This document shows, one piece after another, positions 1-9,025 of a stretch of 59,350 nucleotides of DNA. The translations under genes were made by a program, and so were the position numbers. How positions within the stretch are numbered: the stretch's first letter is position 1; each line of letters begins with the position of its first letter. The notes beneath the pieces were generated by a model, which made no database searches, was not told where the DNA came from, and worked only from the letters and a program-made list of their open reading frames with translations. Origin of the DNA: Luteitalea sp. (GTDB taxonomy: Bacteria > Acidobacteriota > Vicinamibacteria > Vicinamibacterales > CAVVIG01); NCBI GenBank assembly GCA_009380045.1, contig WHSN01000006.1:1-59350 (forward strand), written 5' to 3'.

Positions 1-615
1 AGCTACTCTTCAGGCGTCGCCGCGACGATCGCCGGCCGCCGCTATGCGGTGTTCTTGACGCGCAACGGGCTCCTCGGCCTCGATCCGGCCACCGGTGCGG
101 TCGCGTTTCAGCGGAACTGGCGGGCGCGGGTTGCGTCGTCGGTCAACGTCGCAGCCCCGCTCGTCATCGGCGACCTGATCTTCATCTCGGCCCAGTACGG
201 ACCTGGCGCCGGCGTGCTGCGTCTCGAAGGTTCGAAGCTCGTCGACGTGTGGACATCGGACGAAGTGCTGTCGAACCACTACGCGACCAGTGTCCATCGC
301 GATGGATATCTGTACGGCTATCACGGACGCCAGGAATTCGGCCCGAGCCTCCGGGCGGTCGAGCTGAAGACCGGGAAGGTGCTGTGGAACGAAGAGCAGT
401 TTCGCGCCGGCACGATCACGCTGGTCGGCGACCGCCTGCTCGTGATGCGTGAAGGCGGCGAGATGATCCTGGCTCCGGCCTCGCCACAGGCATTCCGTCC
501 GCTGGCGCGGGCGCAAATCCTGCCGGGCACGGTGCGGGCGTATCCTGCCGTGGCGGACGGTTTCGTCTACGTTCGCAACGACACCACGCTGATCTGTTTG
601 GATCTGCGCCGCTGA
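1..615 (+). CDS. PQQ-like beta-propeller protein (BamB-like family), 5'-partial
   Basis: The frame is open from base 1 (SYSSGVAATIAGRRYAVF...). It has repeated propeller blades (GLDPATGAVAF, AVELKTGKVLW) and a PAVADGFVYVRN...LICLDL C-terminus. Confidence 0.8.
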   Translation, partial: SYSSGVAATIAGRRYAVFLTRNGLLGLDPATGAVAFQRNWRARVASSVNVAAPLVIGDLIFISAQYGPGAGVLRLEGSKLVDVWTSDEVLSNHYATSVHRDGYLYGYHGRQEFGPSLRAVELKTGKVLWNEEQFRAGTITLVGDRLLVMREGGEMILAPASPQAFRPLARAQILPGTVRAYPAVADGFVYVRNDTTLICLDLRR

Positions 616-1298
616 TGAGACCCACAGCCGGACGGTCGTTCAGGATCGTGCGGGGTCCCCGGCGCGCGATTCAGTTGTGGATTCAAGCATCGGCAGCGAT
701 CCTGTTCGGCGTTGCCGCAGCCGCGCAAGCGGTTCCGCCAACCGCGCGGACGCTGCTCGACAGGGCCGTCGCTTCGTTCGCCGCCGGGCGGCTGGCACAA
801 TCCGCGACCGAGTTCGACGACCTGGCGCGCCTCGTGCCCGACCAGGCGCCGTACCTATGGCAGCGCGGCATCGCGCAGTACTATGCGGGCCGCTTTCGAG
901 ACTGCCGCGCGCAGTTCGAGTCGCACCGCACCGTCAATCCCGACGACGTCGAGAATGCGGCGTGGCACTTCCTGTGCGTAGCGCGCGGCGAATCGGTGGC
1001 TGCGGCGCGGGCAGCGCTGCTGCCGGTCGGTCCCGACGGCCGGGTGCCGATGCGCGAGATTTACGAGATGTTTCGTGGCGTTCTCCAGCCCGATCGGGTG
1101 ATGACCGCCGCGGGAGCGCGTCCGGACGGGCAGTTTTACGCGCACCTCTACGTCGGGCTGTACTTCGAAGCGCTCGGCAATCGGGGCCGGGCGCTCGAGC
1201 ATCTGCAGGCGGCCGCCGATCGTCGCTACGCGGGCGTCGGCGGGTACATGCACATGGTCGCTGGCGTGCACCTCGCGCTGTTGCGGGGCGCGCGCTGA
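615..1298 (+). CDS. TPR-containing exported protein (NlpI-like)
   Basis: Overlaps the upstream stop. Signal-like segment, then PYLWQRGIAQYYAG, NPDDVENAAW and FYAHLYVGLY helical repeats. The true start may be downstream. Confidence 0.75.
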   Translation: MRPTAGRSFRIVRGPRRAIQLWIQASAAILFGVAAAAQAVPPTARTLLDRAVASFAAGRLAQSATEFDDLARLVPDQAPYLWQRGIAQYYAGRFRDCRAQFESHRTVNPDDVENAAWHFLCVARGESVAAARAALLPVGPDGRVPMREIYEMFRGVLQPDRVMTAAGARPDGQFYAHLYVGLYFEALGNRGRALEHLQAAADRRYAGVGGYMHMVAGVHLALLRGAR

Positions 1299-1525
1299 CG
1301 AAGGCCGGCGGGACGCCTCGCACGACAGCCGTCGCTGGAGTCGGCCCGCTCGCGGCAACGCGGCTCCCGCCGGTCGCGGTGATCGCGTTGTCGGCTGCCG
1401 TCGGACTGTTCATGCGCGGATAACCTCTGACCGATGGCCACCTCGTGCGTCGGATCTCTTCGGCTCGTCGCAGCCGATCAGCCGCGTCTGCGCCTTTCAT
1501 GCTGCTCCACGGCATGTTGCCATCC

Positions 1526-1558
1526 TTGTCATCACGGCGTGATTGAGACGTCACACCC
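1526..1558 (+). promoter_or_regulatory. Pho-box-like 11-bp periodic repeats upstream of alkaline phosphatase
   Basis: GTCAT (1528), GTGAT (1539) and GTCAC (1550) lie at exact 11-bp spacing, resembling PhoB CTGTCAT half-sites. Confidence 0.55.
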
Positions 1559-1609
1559 AACCACTAATCTCCGGGGGTCCCGCCACAGGGACACTCAGGA
1601 GGACGAGAC

Positions 1610-3139
1610 ATGAAGTTGGGACGTTGGCAGGGCATCACCCTGTTCCTGGTGACTGTTACGCTTGCGGGCGCCGGCGCCGGTGCCCGCGGAGCATTCGGAG
1701 GCCGCTACGACGATGACGAGCCCCAGGGTCGGCGGCGCGCGCGAAACGTAATCTTCTTCGTTGGCGACGGCATGGGCGTGTCGACAGTGACGGCGACGCG
1801 TATTTTCTCTGTGGGAGTGGCGGGTCAGCTCGTGGTGGACCAATTCCCATACACGGCGCTCTCCAAGACCTACTCGGCCGACTCGATCACGCCGGACAGC
1901 GCTCCGACGATGACCGCCATGATGAGCGGCGTCAACACCAACCAGAGCGTGATCGGCCTCGACAAGTCAACCGAGCCGAACGACTTCAACCATGACGGCG
2001 ACGGACAGGCGCCCTGGACGCTCCTCGAGGAGGCGAAGGCCCGGGGCATGAAGGTCGGTGTCGTGTCGACTGCCCGGATCACCCACGCGACTCCAGCGGC
2101 CACCTTTGCCCATATCAACCAAAGGGACAACGAGAATGCGATCGCCCTGCAGGCGCTGCGCTCCGACGCCACCTACAATCGCCGGCTCGAGCGCGGCATC
2201 GATGTGCTGATGGGCGGTGGCCGCCAGTTCTTCGTCCCGACCACGGTCGTCGATGAGGAGGGCGGCGCCGGCTCGCGGACGGACGGTCGTGACCTTCGGG
2301 CCGAGTTCGCGACCGCCGGCTATACCTACGTGTGGGACCAAGCCGGGTTCGACGCCCTGACACCGGCCAGTCTGCCGGTGCTCGGTCTCTTCGAGCGCGG
2401 CCACATGGAATATGAAGTTGACCGCCCAACCGACCTTGGGGGGGAACCGGGCATCGCCGAGATGACGACCAAGTCGATCCGGTTGCTCGAGCGAGCCACC
2501 CGGCGCGGTTCGGATGGGTACTTCCTGATGGTCGAAGGCGGGCGCATCGACCACGCCCACCACGAGGGCAACGCCTACCGCGCGCTGACGGACGCCGAGG
2601 CATTCGACGAAGCGATTGGCGCCGCGGCGCAGATAGTCGACCTTCGAGAGACGCTGATCATCGTGTCGGCGGACCACAGTCATGTGTTCAACATTGCGGG
2701 ATATCCTTTGCGGCCGCTGCAGGAACTGCCCTACAAGATCCAGTCCTCTGTGCCGGAGTATGCGGACACGGGGACACACGGGCACGGGCTGCTTGACCTC
2801 GTGTACGACGTGAACCAGTCGACCGGTCACGTGTCCGAGAGCACGGACCGCGATGGCATTCCCTATACGGTGCTCGGCTATCTCAACGGACCGGGTTACC
2901 GCGGCACGCCCCGTCAGGATCCGAGGACCGATGTGACTCCCGGCAGGAACGGAGAGATCCCGTCAGGGCCGTGGCACCAGACGTACTTCCAGGAAGCGGC
3001 AGTTCCGCTCGGTTCCGAAACGCATGCGGGCGAGGACGTCGCCATCTACGCGATCGGCCCTGGATCCGAACGGGTGCACGGTACGGTGAAGAATGCCCAG
3101 ATCTATCACGTGATGAAACGGGCTCTCGGGCTGCGGTAG
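1610..3139 (+). CDS. phoA: Alkaline phosphatase (PhoA family)
   Basis: RBS AGGAGG and a signal peptide. Motifs: FFVGDGMG, PDSAPT (catalytic Ser), THATPA, VEGGRIDHAHH, ADHSH, ETHAGEDV. Confidence 0.95.
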   Translation: MKLGRWQGITLFLVTVTLAGAGAGARGAFGGRYDDDEPQGRRRARNVIFFVGDGMGVSTVTATRIFSVGVAGQLVVDQFPYTALSKTYSADSITPDSAPTMTAMMSGVNTNQSVIGLDKSTEPNDFNHDGDGQAPWTLLEEAKARGMKVGVVSTARITHATPAATFAHINQRDNENAIALQALRSDATYNRRLERGIDVLMGGGRQFFVPTTVVDEEGGAGSRTDGRDLRAEFATAGYTYVWDQAGFDALTPASLPVLGLFERGHMEYEVDRPTDLGGEPGIAEMTTKSIRLLERATRRGSDGYFLMVEGGRIDHAHHEGNAYRALTDAEAFDEAIGAAAQIVDLRETLIIVSADHSHVFNIAGYPLRPLQELPYKIQSSVPEYADTGTHGHGLLDLVYDVNQSTGHVSESTDRDGIPYTVLGYLNGPGYRGTPRQDPRTDVTPGRNGEIPSGPWHQTYFQEAAVPLGSETHAGEDVAIYAIGPGSERVHGTVKNAQIYHVMKRALGLR

Positions 3140-3199
3140 TCGATCCAGTTGTGGCGGTCCTGCCGATCATTGGTGCGGGACCGCCGGCATTGCCTTACC

Positions 3200-3973
3200 A
3201 TGCGCATCCATCCGAAGGGCGAGAGCCTCGGTCACGAGTGGCTGGTCGCGGCCGTATTCCTGTCCGCCATCAGCGTCGGCGCAACTGCCACGCAAAGCCG
3301 TGAACCGACGACCCCCACGACACCATTCGCCCTGGTGCAGCCGGCACGGCGGTCGTCCGACGCGCCACTCATGCCGCCCGAACCCCTGCCGCCCGCCGCG
3401 CACCGCATCACACCGATGGCGTTCGACATCGTCGTCAGGAGTCGTTCGCAGGCGGGGGCATCCACAATCACCCGCCAACGCGTCACACGCACCGCCGAAC
3501 GGATCCACATCGACGACGGCGCCGGGCGGGAGTGGCTTTTCGAGCGCAATCCGGTTGACCCGCGGCGCGTATCAGGCTCCGCCATCTATCACGCCGCTCG
3601 CGAAATTGTCGTCTATCAGGAAAGCGAAGTGCGTAACACGCTCGGCATTTCCGGGTGGGCCGACGTGCTGATGCCGGGGATACGCGCCGGTCAGATTCGC
3701 GAGATGAAGCCCACCAGGCAAGCTCGTACCATCGGCGGCCTGCGGTTCGTCCGCTTCACGGCATTGGACCCACGGGGCGCCACGAAAGAAGCATGGTGGA
3801 ACGAGGACGAGGTGCTGTCGGCTGGCGTCGTCAGCTCGTCTGGAGCGATGTCGGTCGAAATGAGCCTCGAACGTCTGATTGCAGTGGTTCAGCCGGAACT
3901 ACTGCGTGCCCCGGCGATGCGCTTTCCCAGCTACCGGCAGATTGACTTTCCCGACTCGCTCGAGCGTCACTGA
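3200..3973 (+). CDS. Hypothetical exported protein
   Basis: ORF directly downstream of phoA with a hydrophobic N-terminal segment, a Pro-rich linker and a globular beta-rich domain. Start uncertain (3149 or 3200). Confidence 0.65.
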   Translation: MRIHPKGESLGHEWLVAAVFLSAISVGATATQSREPTTPTTPFALVQPARRSSDAPLMPPEPLPPAAHRITPMAFDIVVRSRSQAGASTITRQRVTRTAERIHIDDGAGREWLFERNPVDPRRVSGSAIYHAAREIVVYQESEVRNTLGISGWADVLMPGIRAGQIREMKPTRQARTIGGLRFVRFTALDPRGATKEAWWNEDEVLSAGVVSSSGAMSVEMSLERLIAVVQPELLRAPAMRFPSYRQIDFPDSLERH

Positions 3974-4060
3974 TGGGGTGGCGAGCGCCTTTCGATCGGC
4001 CGTAGCAGTCGTTCATCTGATCACGAAGGTTCACGACGTTTCTTTGCCAGAATCGCCACC

Positions 4061-5212
4061 CTAAAAGTTGATCAGTGCGTGAGCGCCGACGCTGTGGACA
4101 GGCAGCGTCGTGATGTTGTCGAATCTTTGACCATCGTAGTCGACCATCAGAGCCGAGGAGACGGTTCCCTGCAGGGGGAACCAGTAGGCGACGCCAGCGA
4201 TCAGGCGATTCTGCTTCTGTGAGTTGAGCGTGGTGGTCGCATTCGGCGCCGTCCCGGCGGGAGCAAACACCGATCGGTTGTCAGGGGTGTGGTGGTCATA
4301 GCGCAGCAGAGCCTCCCAGCCTCTCGATGATCGCGGGGTCACCCAGATCGAGTAGCCGTTCCCGCGTGTTTCAACAGCGTCAGCCGCGGCAGATGGTCGA
4401 TCCCTGGCGTCGAGGTATTCGAATCCACCACTCAGGTACTTGTGCTCGAAGGTGGCCTGGCCGACGAGCCGCGTGCGCTCACCGTTCGCGATGTAGTGGT
4501 CACCGTCGTAGAAGACTGTCGCGCGGATCCCTTGGAGGACACCCGCCAGCGTCGCGAACGGGCGGATGGTCGCGCGGACCATGAGCGCTTTCTGGTCGTT
4601 GACCTCGGCCTTGTTGTAGTTTTCACCGTTGAAGACGCCGACATGGATGTCACCGTAGTTCGAGGGAAGGGCGAGGCGCCACGACGCGCCCGCGTCGGCT
4701 GAAGCGAAGTACCCGGCCCGCTCTACGAACATCGTCCCCTGGAACCGGTAGCGGTAGATTCCTTCCGAGTAGTCGAGATACGGCGTCGGCTGGATTCCGA
4801 ATCTGGCGTACGAGCCACTCGGCATCCAGTCGTCTAAGTTCGCCTGGAGGTATGCGAACTTCAGCCGGAATTGGAGGCTGCCCGACAACGAGCTCGCCGT
4901 GCTGGTTTCACGGCTGACATCCGGGGTGATCCGGAACGCCAGAAGGCGTGAGATGGTTCCCGTGACGTTGATGTAGGCACGCGTCACGTCGAAGGAATTC
5001 TTTTTCACGATGTTACCGTCCGCGTCCGTGGTCGGCGGGCTTGTCTGATAGGTGTAGTTCGTGAAGAGGGTCCCGCCAATCCTGATGGCGGGCGTGCTGT
5101 CAGGCGGCGTATCGCCCGCGGCAGGCGTCGTCACCACTTGAGCCAGAGCGATCGTTGGAATGAGCGCAGCCATGGCCAACGTCCACCACATTCTCAGAAG
5201 CCGACCAATCAA
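4061..5212 (-). CDS. Outer-membrane beta-barrel, putative phosphate-selective porin (OprO/OprP-like)
   Basis: GGAGG RBS before a TTG start, signal peptide, FDVTRAYINV / RLKFAYL / GVFNGE strands, C-terminal Phe, and an upstream Pho-like repeat. Confidence 0.7.
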   Translation of the reverse strand: MIGRLLRMWWTLAMAALIPTIALAQVVTTPAAGDTPPDSTPAIRIGGTLFTNYTYQTSPPTTDADGNIVKKNSFDVTRAYINVTGTISRLLAFRITPDVSRETSTASSLSGSLQFRLKFAYLQANLDDWMPSGSYARFGIQPTPYLDYSEGIYRYRFQGTMFVERAGYFASADAGASWRLALPSNYGDIHVGVFNGENYNKAEVNDQKALMVRATIRPFATLAGVLQGIRATVFYDGDHYIANGERTRLVGQATFEHKYLSGGFEYLDARDRPSAAADAVETRGNGYSIWVTPRSSRGWEALLRYDHHTPDNRSVFAPAGTAPNATTTLNSQKQNRLIAGVAYWFPLQGTVSSALMVDYDGQRFDNITTLPVHSVGAHALINF

Positions 5213-5265
5213 TTCATCCTCCTTGCGCGGCTGGTTTTCGGCTTTCGTGACGACTGTAGGAGCCA

Positions 5266-5284
5266 GCGTGTCATTCGCGTGTCA
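5266..5284 (-). promoter_or_regulatory. Pho-box-like direct repeat upstream of the porin
   Basis: GCGTGTCA occurs at 5266 and 5277 (11-bp period). Confidence 0.5.
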
Positions 5285-5370
5285 GTCTCGTCGGCGCGAG
5301 TCCGGCGCCCATCAAAGTGAGGTCCTTCGCAGCCCCTGAAGTGCCTGGCAGCGGTCACGCATGCGCCGAT

Positions 5371-5508
5371 GCGGCCACGACTCACTCGCGATCCAGCAGT
5401 GCGGGCACTTCGTTGATTTGGACGAGCTCAGGCTCTCGCGTCCCCAGCCGGCGCGTGATGCGAGACGCTCTATTCGACCGAAGCCATGATTCCGATTCTG
5501 ATCGGCAT
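5371..5508 (-). pseudogene. Decayed N-terminal remnant of glyceraldehyde-3-phosphate dehydrogenase (ArsJ-associated type)
   Basis: Starts 5 nt after the arsN2 stop. With two single-base frameshifts it reads MPIRIGI(N)GFGRIERLASRAGWGRES(L)ELVQINEV, matching the GAPDH N-terminus IGINGFGRxGRL...INE. Confidence 0.8.
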
Positions 5509-5513
5509 GAGGT

Positions 5514-5957
5514 TCAGGCGGCTTCGAGCGGTTTCCGCATCACCGTGGCGCTCGACGGGCATGCAGACGCGAACTCGACGGAGCGCTGAACCCCAGCCGG
5601 AACGCCGGCTCGCGGGATGCGCTCGAAACCAAACTTCGGAAAGTACCGCCCGGCGGTCGTCGTCAGCAGATAGATCGCTGGCGCATGAAGGTCGTGCGCC
5701 ATGCGGATCGCCGTTCTGGTGAGGTCGCTCCCGAGCCCCCGACCTTGCATCTCGGATGCGACGGCGACGGAGCGAAGCAGCGCGCCATCTGGATACACCT
5801 CCAGGGCCGCGCTCCCCACAATCTTCGTGCCTTCCCGCGCCACGATGGTCGTCCTGAGATGATCCACGAGGCCTGCGGTCGGCAGCTCGCTGGCTCGCAG
5901 GAAGTCCAAGAGTGCGTCGGTATCGCGCTCACGTGCGCGCTCGATGCTCGGTGCCAT
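5514..5957 (-). CDS. arsN2: Arsenic-resistance GNAT N-acetyltransferase
   Basis: ALLRSVAV...QGRGLG, IYLLTTTA..YF.KFGF and SVEFASACPSSATVM motifs. GGGAGG RBS; directly downstream of a CVC-type ArsR. Confidence 0.85.
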   Translation of the reverse strand: MAPSIERARERDTDALLDFLRASELPTAGLVDHLRTTIVAREGTKIVGSAALEVYPDGALLRSVAVASEMQGRGLGSDLTRTAIRMAHDLHAPAIYLLTTTAGRYFPKFGFERIPRAGVPAGVQRSVEFASACPSSATVMRKPLEAA

Positions 5958-6369
5958 TGCTCCCTCCCGGCGCGGCGGCGGTCGCTCTGGCGCAGCAGGC
6001 CGCACCCGGCATGCGGCTCGGCGCAGCGACGCAGCTGCCAGTCTTGTGCTGCAGGCGCTTGACATCCCGGCGCACCGCGTCGATGTGCGTCAGGGCGTGC
6101 CGCACCGTGTCACTGATCGTCCTGAGCACGGGGTCGGATAGATCCGCGATGCGGTAGTGAATCCAGAGGCCATCGCGCCGGGTGGCGACCAGCCCCGAGT
6201 TGCGCAGGTACGCCAGATGGCGGGACGCCTTCGGCTGCGGGATCTTCAAGCTCTGGTGGATGTGGCAGACACACACCTCACCCGTCATCAGCAAGCCCAG
6301 GATGCGCAGCCGTGTCGAGTCGGCGAGCGCTTTGAACAACGTCTCCATTCCGGGGAGGAGCTCGTTCAT
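5929..6369 (-). CDS. arsR: ArsR-family As(III)/metal-sensing repressor
   Basis: FKALADSTRLRIL, EVCVCH, QPKASRHLAYLR motifs, plus extra C-terminal Cys and a CC pair. Confidence 0.9.
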   Translation of the reverse strand: MNELLPGMETLFKALADSTRLRILGLLMTGEVCVCHIHQSLKIPQPKASRHLAYLRNSGLVATRRDGLWIHYRIADLSDPVLRTISDTVRHALTHIDAVRRDVKRLQHKTGSCVAAPSRMPGAACCARATAAAPGGSNGTEHRART

Positions 6370-6391
6370 ATATCTGTCTTGACAAATATAT
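6368..6391. promoter_or_regulatory. Imperfect palindrome over the arsR start (autoregulatory operator)
   Basis: ATATATCTGTC-TT-GACAAATATAT: 11-bp arms with one mismatch. Confidence 0.65.
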
Positions 6392-6435
6392 CATGGCCCG
6401 CGGCGAGGCGGGATCCCGGTGAGCGGATTTCCGGC

Positions 6436-6492
6436 TTGACACCGGCGCAGGAGCGTATGTATAAAACCAATGGGTTAATTAACCGTAAGGTT
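6436..6492 (+). promoter_or_regulatory. Sigma70-like promoter and operator of the ArsR-SRPBCC unit
   Basis: TTGACA (6436) N18 TATAAA (6460), followed by AACC-N4-GGTT-AATT-AACC-N4-GGTT centred on the palindrome GGTTAATTAACC (6473-6484). Confidence 0.7.
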
Positions 6493-6500
6493 TATCAAAG

Positions 6501-6863
6501 ATGTCGACCGATCAGCTGAGCACAACGTTTGCCGCCCTGGCGGACCCGACGCGCCGGGCCATCCTGGCCCGTCTGTTGTCAGGCGAGCGCTCGGTCTCCG
6601 AGCTCGCCGAGCCCTTCAACATCAGCATGCCCGCGGTCTCGAAGCACCTCCGCGTGCTCGAGCGCGCCGGCCTCATTGCCCGGCGAAAGGAGGCGCAGTG
6701 GCGGCGGTGCCGCATCGCGGCGGGCCCCTTGAAGGAAGTCGCCAACTGGACCGAGCATTACCGGCACATCTGGGAAGAGCGGCTCGATCGGTTGGACCAG
6801 TATCTACAACATGTCACAACCAAGGAGGAGAAGAGTCATGGTCGTAAGCCACGCGGTAAATAG
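6501..6863 (+). CDS. ArsR/SmtB-family regulator (SRPBCC-associated)
   Basis: FAALADPTRRAIL and SMPAVSKHLRVLERAGL; lacks the CxC box. Confidence 0.9.
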   Translation: MSTDQLSTTFAALADPTRRAILARLLSGERSVSELAEPFNISMPAVSKHLRVLERAGLIARRKEAQWRRCRIAAGPLKEVANWTEHYRHIWEERLDRLDQYLQHVTTKEEKSHGRKPRGK

Positions 6864-7341
6864 CGACAGCTTCAAGGTGACAACCCCGTCGGACCAGGAA
6901 ATCCGAATGACGCGCCTGTTCAGTGCCCCGAGACACCTGGTGTTCGAGGCGATGACCAAGCCCGAGCACGTGACACAGTGGTGGGGGCGCCTCGGCGAGG
7001 GCTATTCCGTGCCTGTATGCGAGATCGACCTTCGCGTCGGCGGTCGGTGGCGGTTCGTGAACAGCCACCCCCAGGGAGAAGCCGCCTTCTCCGGCGAGTA
7101 CCGCGAGATCACGCCGCCGAGTCGGCTCGTGTTCACCGAGATCTTCGAACAGTTTCCCGACAGCGTCTCGGTGGTGACAACCGAGCTCACCGACGAGGGC
7201 GGCAGGACACGAATGACGGCGACCGTGCGCTATCCGTCGCTGGAGGTGCGCGACATGGTCCTCGCGTCCGGCATGTCCCACGGTGCGGGCATCAGCTACG
7301 ATCGCCTCGACGATCTGGTTGTGGCGCTGCAGCGATCCTGA
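6838..7341 (+). CDS. SRPBCC (AHSA1-like START) domain protein
   Basis: AGGAGG RBS. Motifs: TRLFSAPRHLVFEAMTKPE, CEIDLRVGG, GEYREITPPSRLVFTE. Confidence 0.9.
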   Translation: MVVSHAVNSDSFKVTTPSDQEIRMTRLFSAPRHLVFEAMTKPEHVTQWWGRLGEGYSVPVCEIDLRVGGRWRFVNSHPQGEAAFSGEYREITPPSRLVFTEIFEQFPDSVSVVTTELTDEGGRTRMTATVRYPSLEVRDMVLASGMSHGAGISYDRLDDLVVALQRS

Positions 7342-7445
7342 CATCGTCGGCGCTCGCTCGTGAGGATGAAAGACTCGGGGCGGCGTATGCTGGCCCCCTG
7401 TGACCGACGACGGGCGCCGATCGACATTTCGGAAGAGCTGACCCG

Positions 7446-7476
7446 CGGCACCGAGAACACCACGTTCTCGGTGCCG
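7446..7476. terminator. Perfect 13-bp hairpin between convergent genes
   Basis: CGGCACCGAGAAC-ACCAC-GTTCTCGGTGCCG, with no U-tract. Confidence 0.5.
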
Positions 7477-7664
7477 ACAGTTGGGACCGCCCGCCTCCCC
7501 GATCACTCGACTCACAATCGAAAGGAGACAGTCGAGGCCGCGAGCCACCGGGTATAGGGAAAACGAGTCACGACGTGAGTCGAAGATGCGCCCGCTCTCC
7601 ACCGCGCGCACCACCTCGCACTCAGGGAAGGATTCAGTCTTCGGGCTGAGCGGACACGCACGCC

Positions 7665-8168
7665 CTATGAGGCGAAGGGGTTCTCGTCCGCACTCGGGCC
7701 GTAGATCGAGGGGATCGGCACGTCAAGCTCGCGCAGGTACACCGTCAACTGCCCGCGGTGATGGTACCAGTGGTTGAGCATGACCGACCGCAGCATCGCC
7801 ACCCGGGGCACCGCCAACAGCTCCCGTTCGCCTTGCATCAGTCGCCACGTCGCCATCAGCGCGGCGTCGTCCATGCCGCCGAGCGCCTTCTTCGCCGTCG
7901 CGATACTCTGGTCGAGCGCTGGAACGAGCTCCGAGGCGCTCTTCGGGCTCGGGTCGGTAAACTGGGGCGCTTGAGCCGGTGACGGCGAGGCCACGAGCTG
8001 AGCGACCCCGCCGGGCACCGTGGCGACATGCAGAGCGAGTTCCCCGAGCGTCCTCGCCTTTTCGTGCGGCCGCCACGCCAGATGACTCTGGGGAACACGC
8101 TCGAGAACGCGGCGCGTCGTCTGCGTTTCCTGCTCGAGCTCCTGCAACAAGCTGTCGATCAACGCCAT
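7665..8168 (-). CDS. DinB family protein
   Basis: WRPHEKARTLGELALHVA and NHWYHHRGQLTVYLR...PSIYGPSADE motifs. Confidence 0.9.
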   Translation of the reverse strand: MALIDSLLQELEQETQTTRRVLERVPQSHLAWRPHEKARTLGELALHVATVPGGVAQLVASPSPAQAPQFTDPSPKSASELVPALDQSIATAKKALGGMDDAALMATWRLMQGERELLAVPRVAMLRSVMLNHWYHHRGQLTVYLRELDVPIPSIYGPSADENPFAS

Positions 8169-8215
8169 GGCTCGATCCTCCGTTCTCCGTTCTTGGATGT
8201 CAACCGTGTGACGTG

Positions 8216-8665
8216 CTACGGCTGTTCAGCTCTTCGCCGAACGCGGTCGAACAGGTTTGGCCAGCCTTGCGACAGCGCCTCTCGATACCCGTCTGGAAAC
8301 AGGCCAAGCGCGGTGTGACGCAGCGTGATCAGCGTCCCGCCGTCGACCTGTGTGAGCCGGTACTGCAGATTCGAAGCCACGGCGAATGACATCATCAGTG
8401 GCCCGGTGATCTCGAGCAGGGTTGGCTGCTTGATCGCTTGTACATGACCCCAAAGATGCCCGTTGTTGTCGCCGAGATCGCGGAACCAACGGCCGCCGGG
8501 CCAAGGCTCGAGGACCATCGGCATCGGCGCGCCGTTATGTCCTTCGTTTGACCGGCCCATCTCCTCCAAGAGCGCCGCGAACGTCGCGGTGGGAGAGGAG
8601 CGGACGCGGACTTCCTCCGTGATGTTGAGTGACAGATTCTCGATGGCTGGAGCGATCGCAGTCAT
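8216..8665 (-). CDS. SRPBCC domain protein
   Basis: LEPWPGGRWFRDLG and WGHVQAIKQPTLLEI motifs with a C-terminal GW helix; lies downstream of an ArsR gene. Confidence 0.85.
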   Translation of the reverse strand: MTAIAPAIENLSLNITEEVRVRSSPTATFAALLEEMGRSNEGHNGAPMPMVLEPWPGGRWFRDLGDNNGHLWGHVQAIKQPTLLEITGPLMMSFAVASNLQYRLTQVDGGTLITLRHTALGLFPDGYREALSQGWPNLFDRVRRRAEQP

Positions 8666-8697
8666 GATGTCTCCTCTCGGTCATTCCTCAGGCGGCC

Positions 8698-9018
8698 TCA
8701 ATTGCGCTCGGCGCGTTCCTTGACCCGCGCGAGCTGGTGGCGCCAGTACCGTTCGAATCGGCTGGTCCATTCGTGGAGCGGTCGAATCCCCTCCGCGTTC
8801 GTGCGATAGAACACATGGCGGCCGTCTCGTCGCACCTCAACCAGGCCGACGTCGCGAAGCACCCGGAGGTGCTTGGAGACGGACGGTTGCGCCAGGCCCA
8901 CCGCCAGGACGATGTCGCCGACCGGACGCTCGCGTGGCGCGAGATAGTCGAGAATGTCGCGACGACGCGGTTCGGCGATGGCGTTGAAGGCGTCCGACGT
9001 CGTGGCGGCCCGAGGCAT
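8698..9018 (-). CDS. ArsR/SmtB-family regulator
   Basis: MPRAATTSDAFNAIAEPRRRDIL and QPSVSKHLRVLR motifs. Confidence 0.9.
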   Translation of the reverse strand: MPRAATTSDAFNAIAEPRRRDILDYLAPRERPVGDIVLAVGLAQPSVSKHLRVLRDVGLVEVRRDGRHVFYRTNAEGIRPLHEWTSRFERYWRHQLARVKERAERN

Positions 9019-9025
9019 GGTCCCA

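Noticed and set aside
1300-1423. Hydrophobic tail ATRLPPVAVIALSAAVGL resembling a transporter C-terminus, within an inverted repeat
   Set aside because: No start codon or upstream homology; may be chance.
7515-7560. c-di-GMP-I riboswitch-like words (GAAA...GCCGCGAGCCACCGG)
   Set aside because: The GGCAAA/P2 stem architecture is missing, and the site lies between convergent 3' ends.
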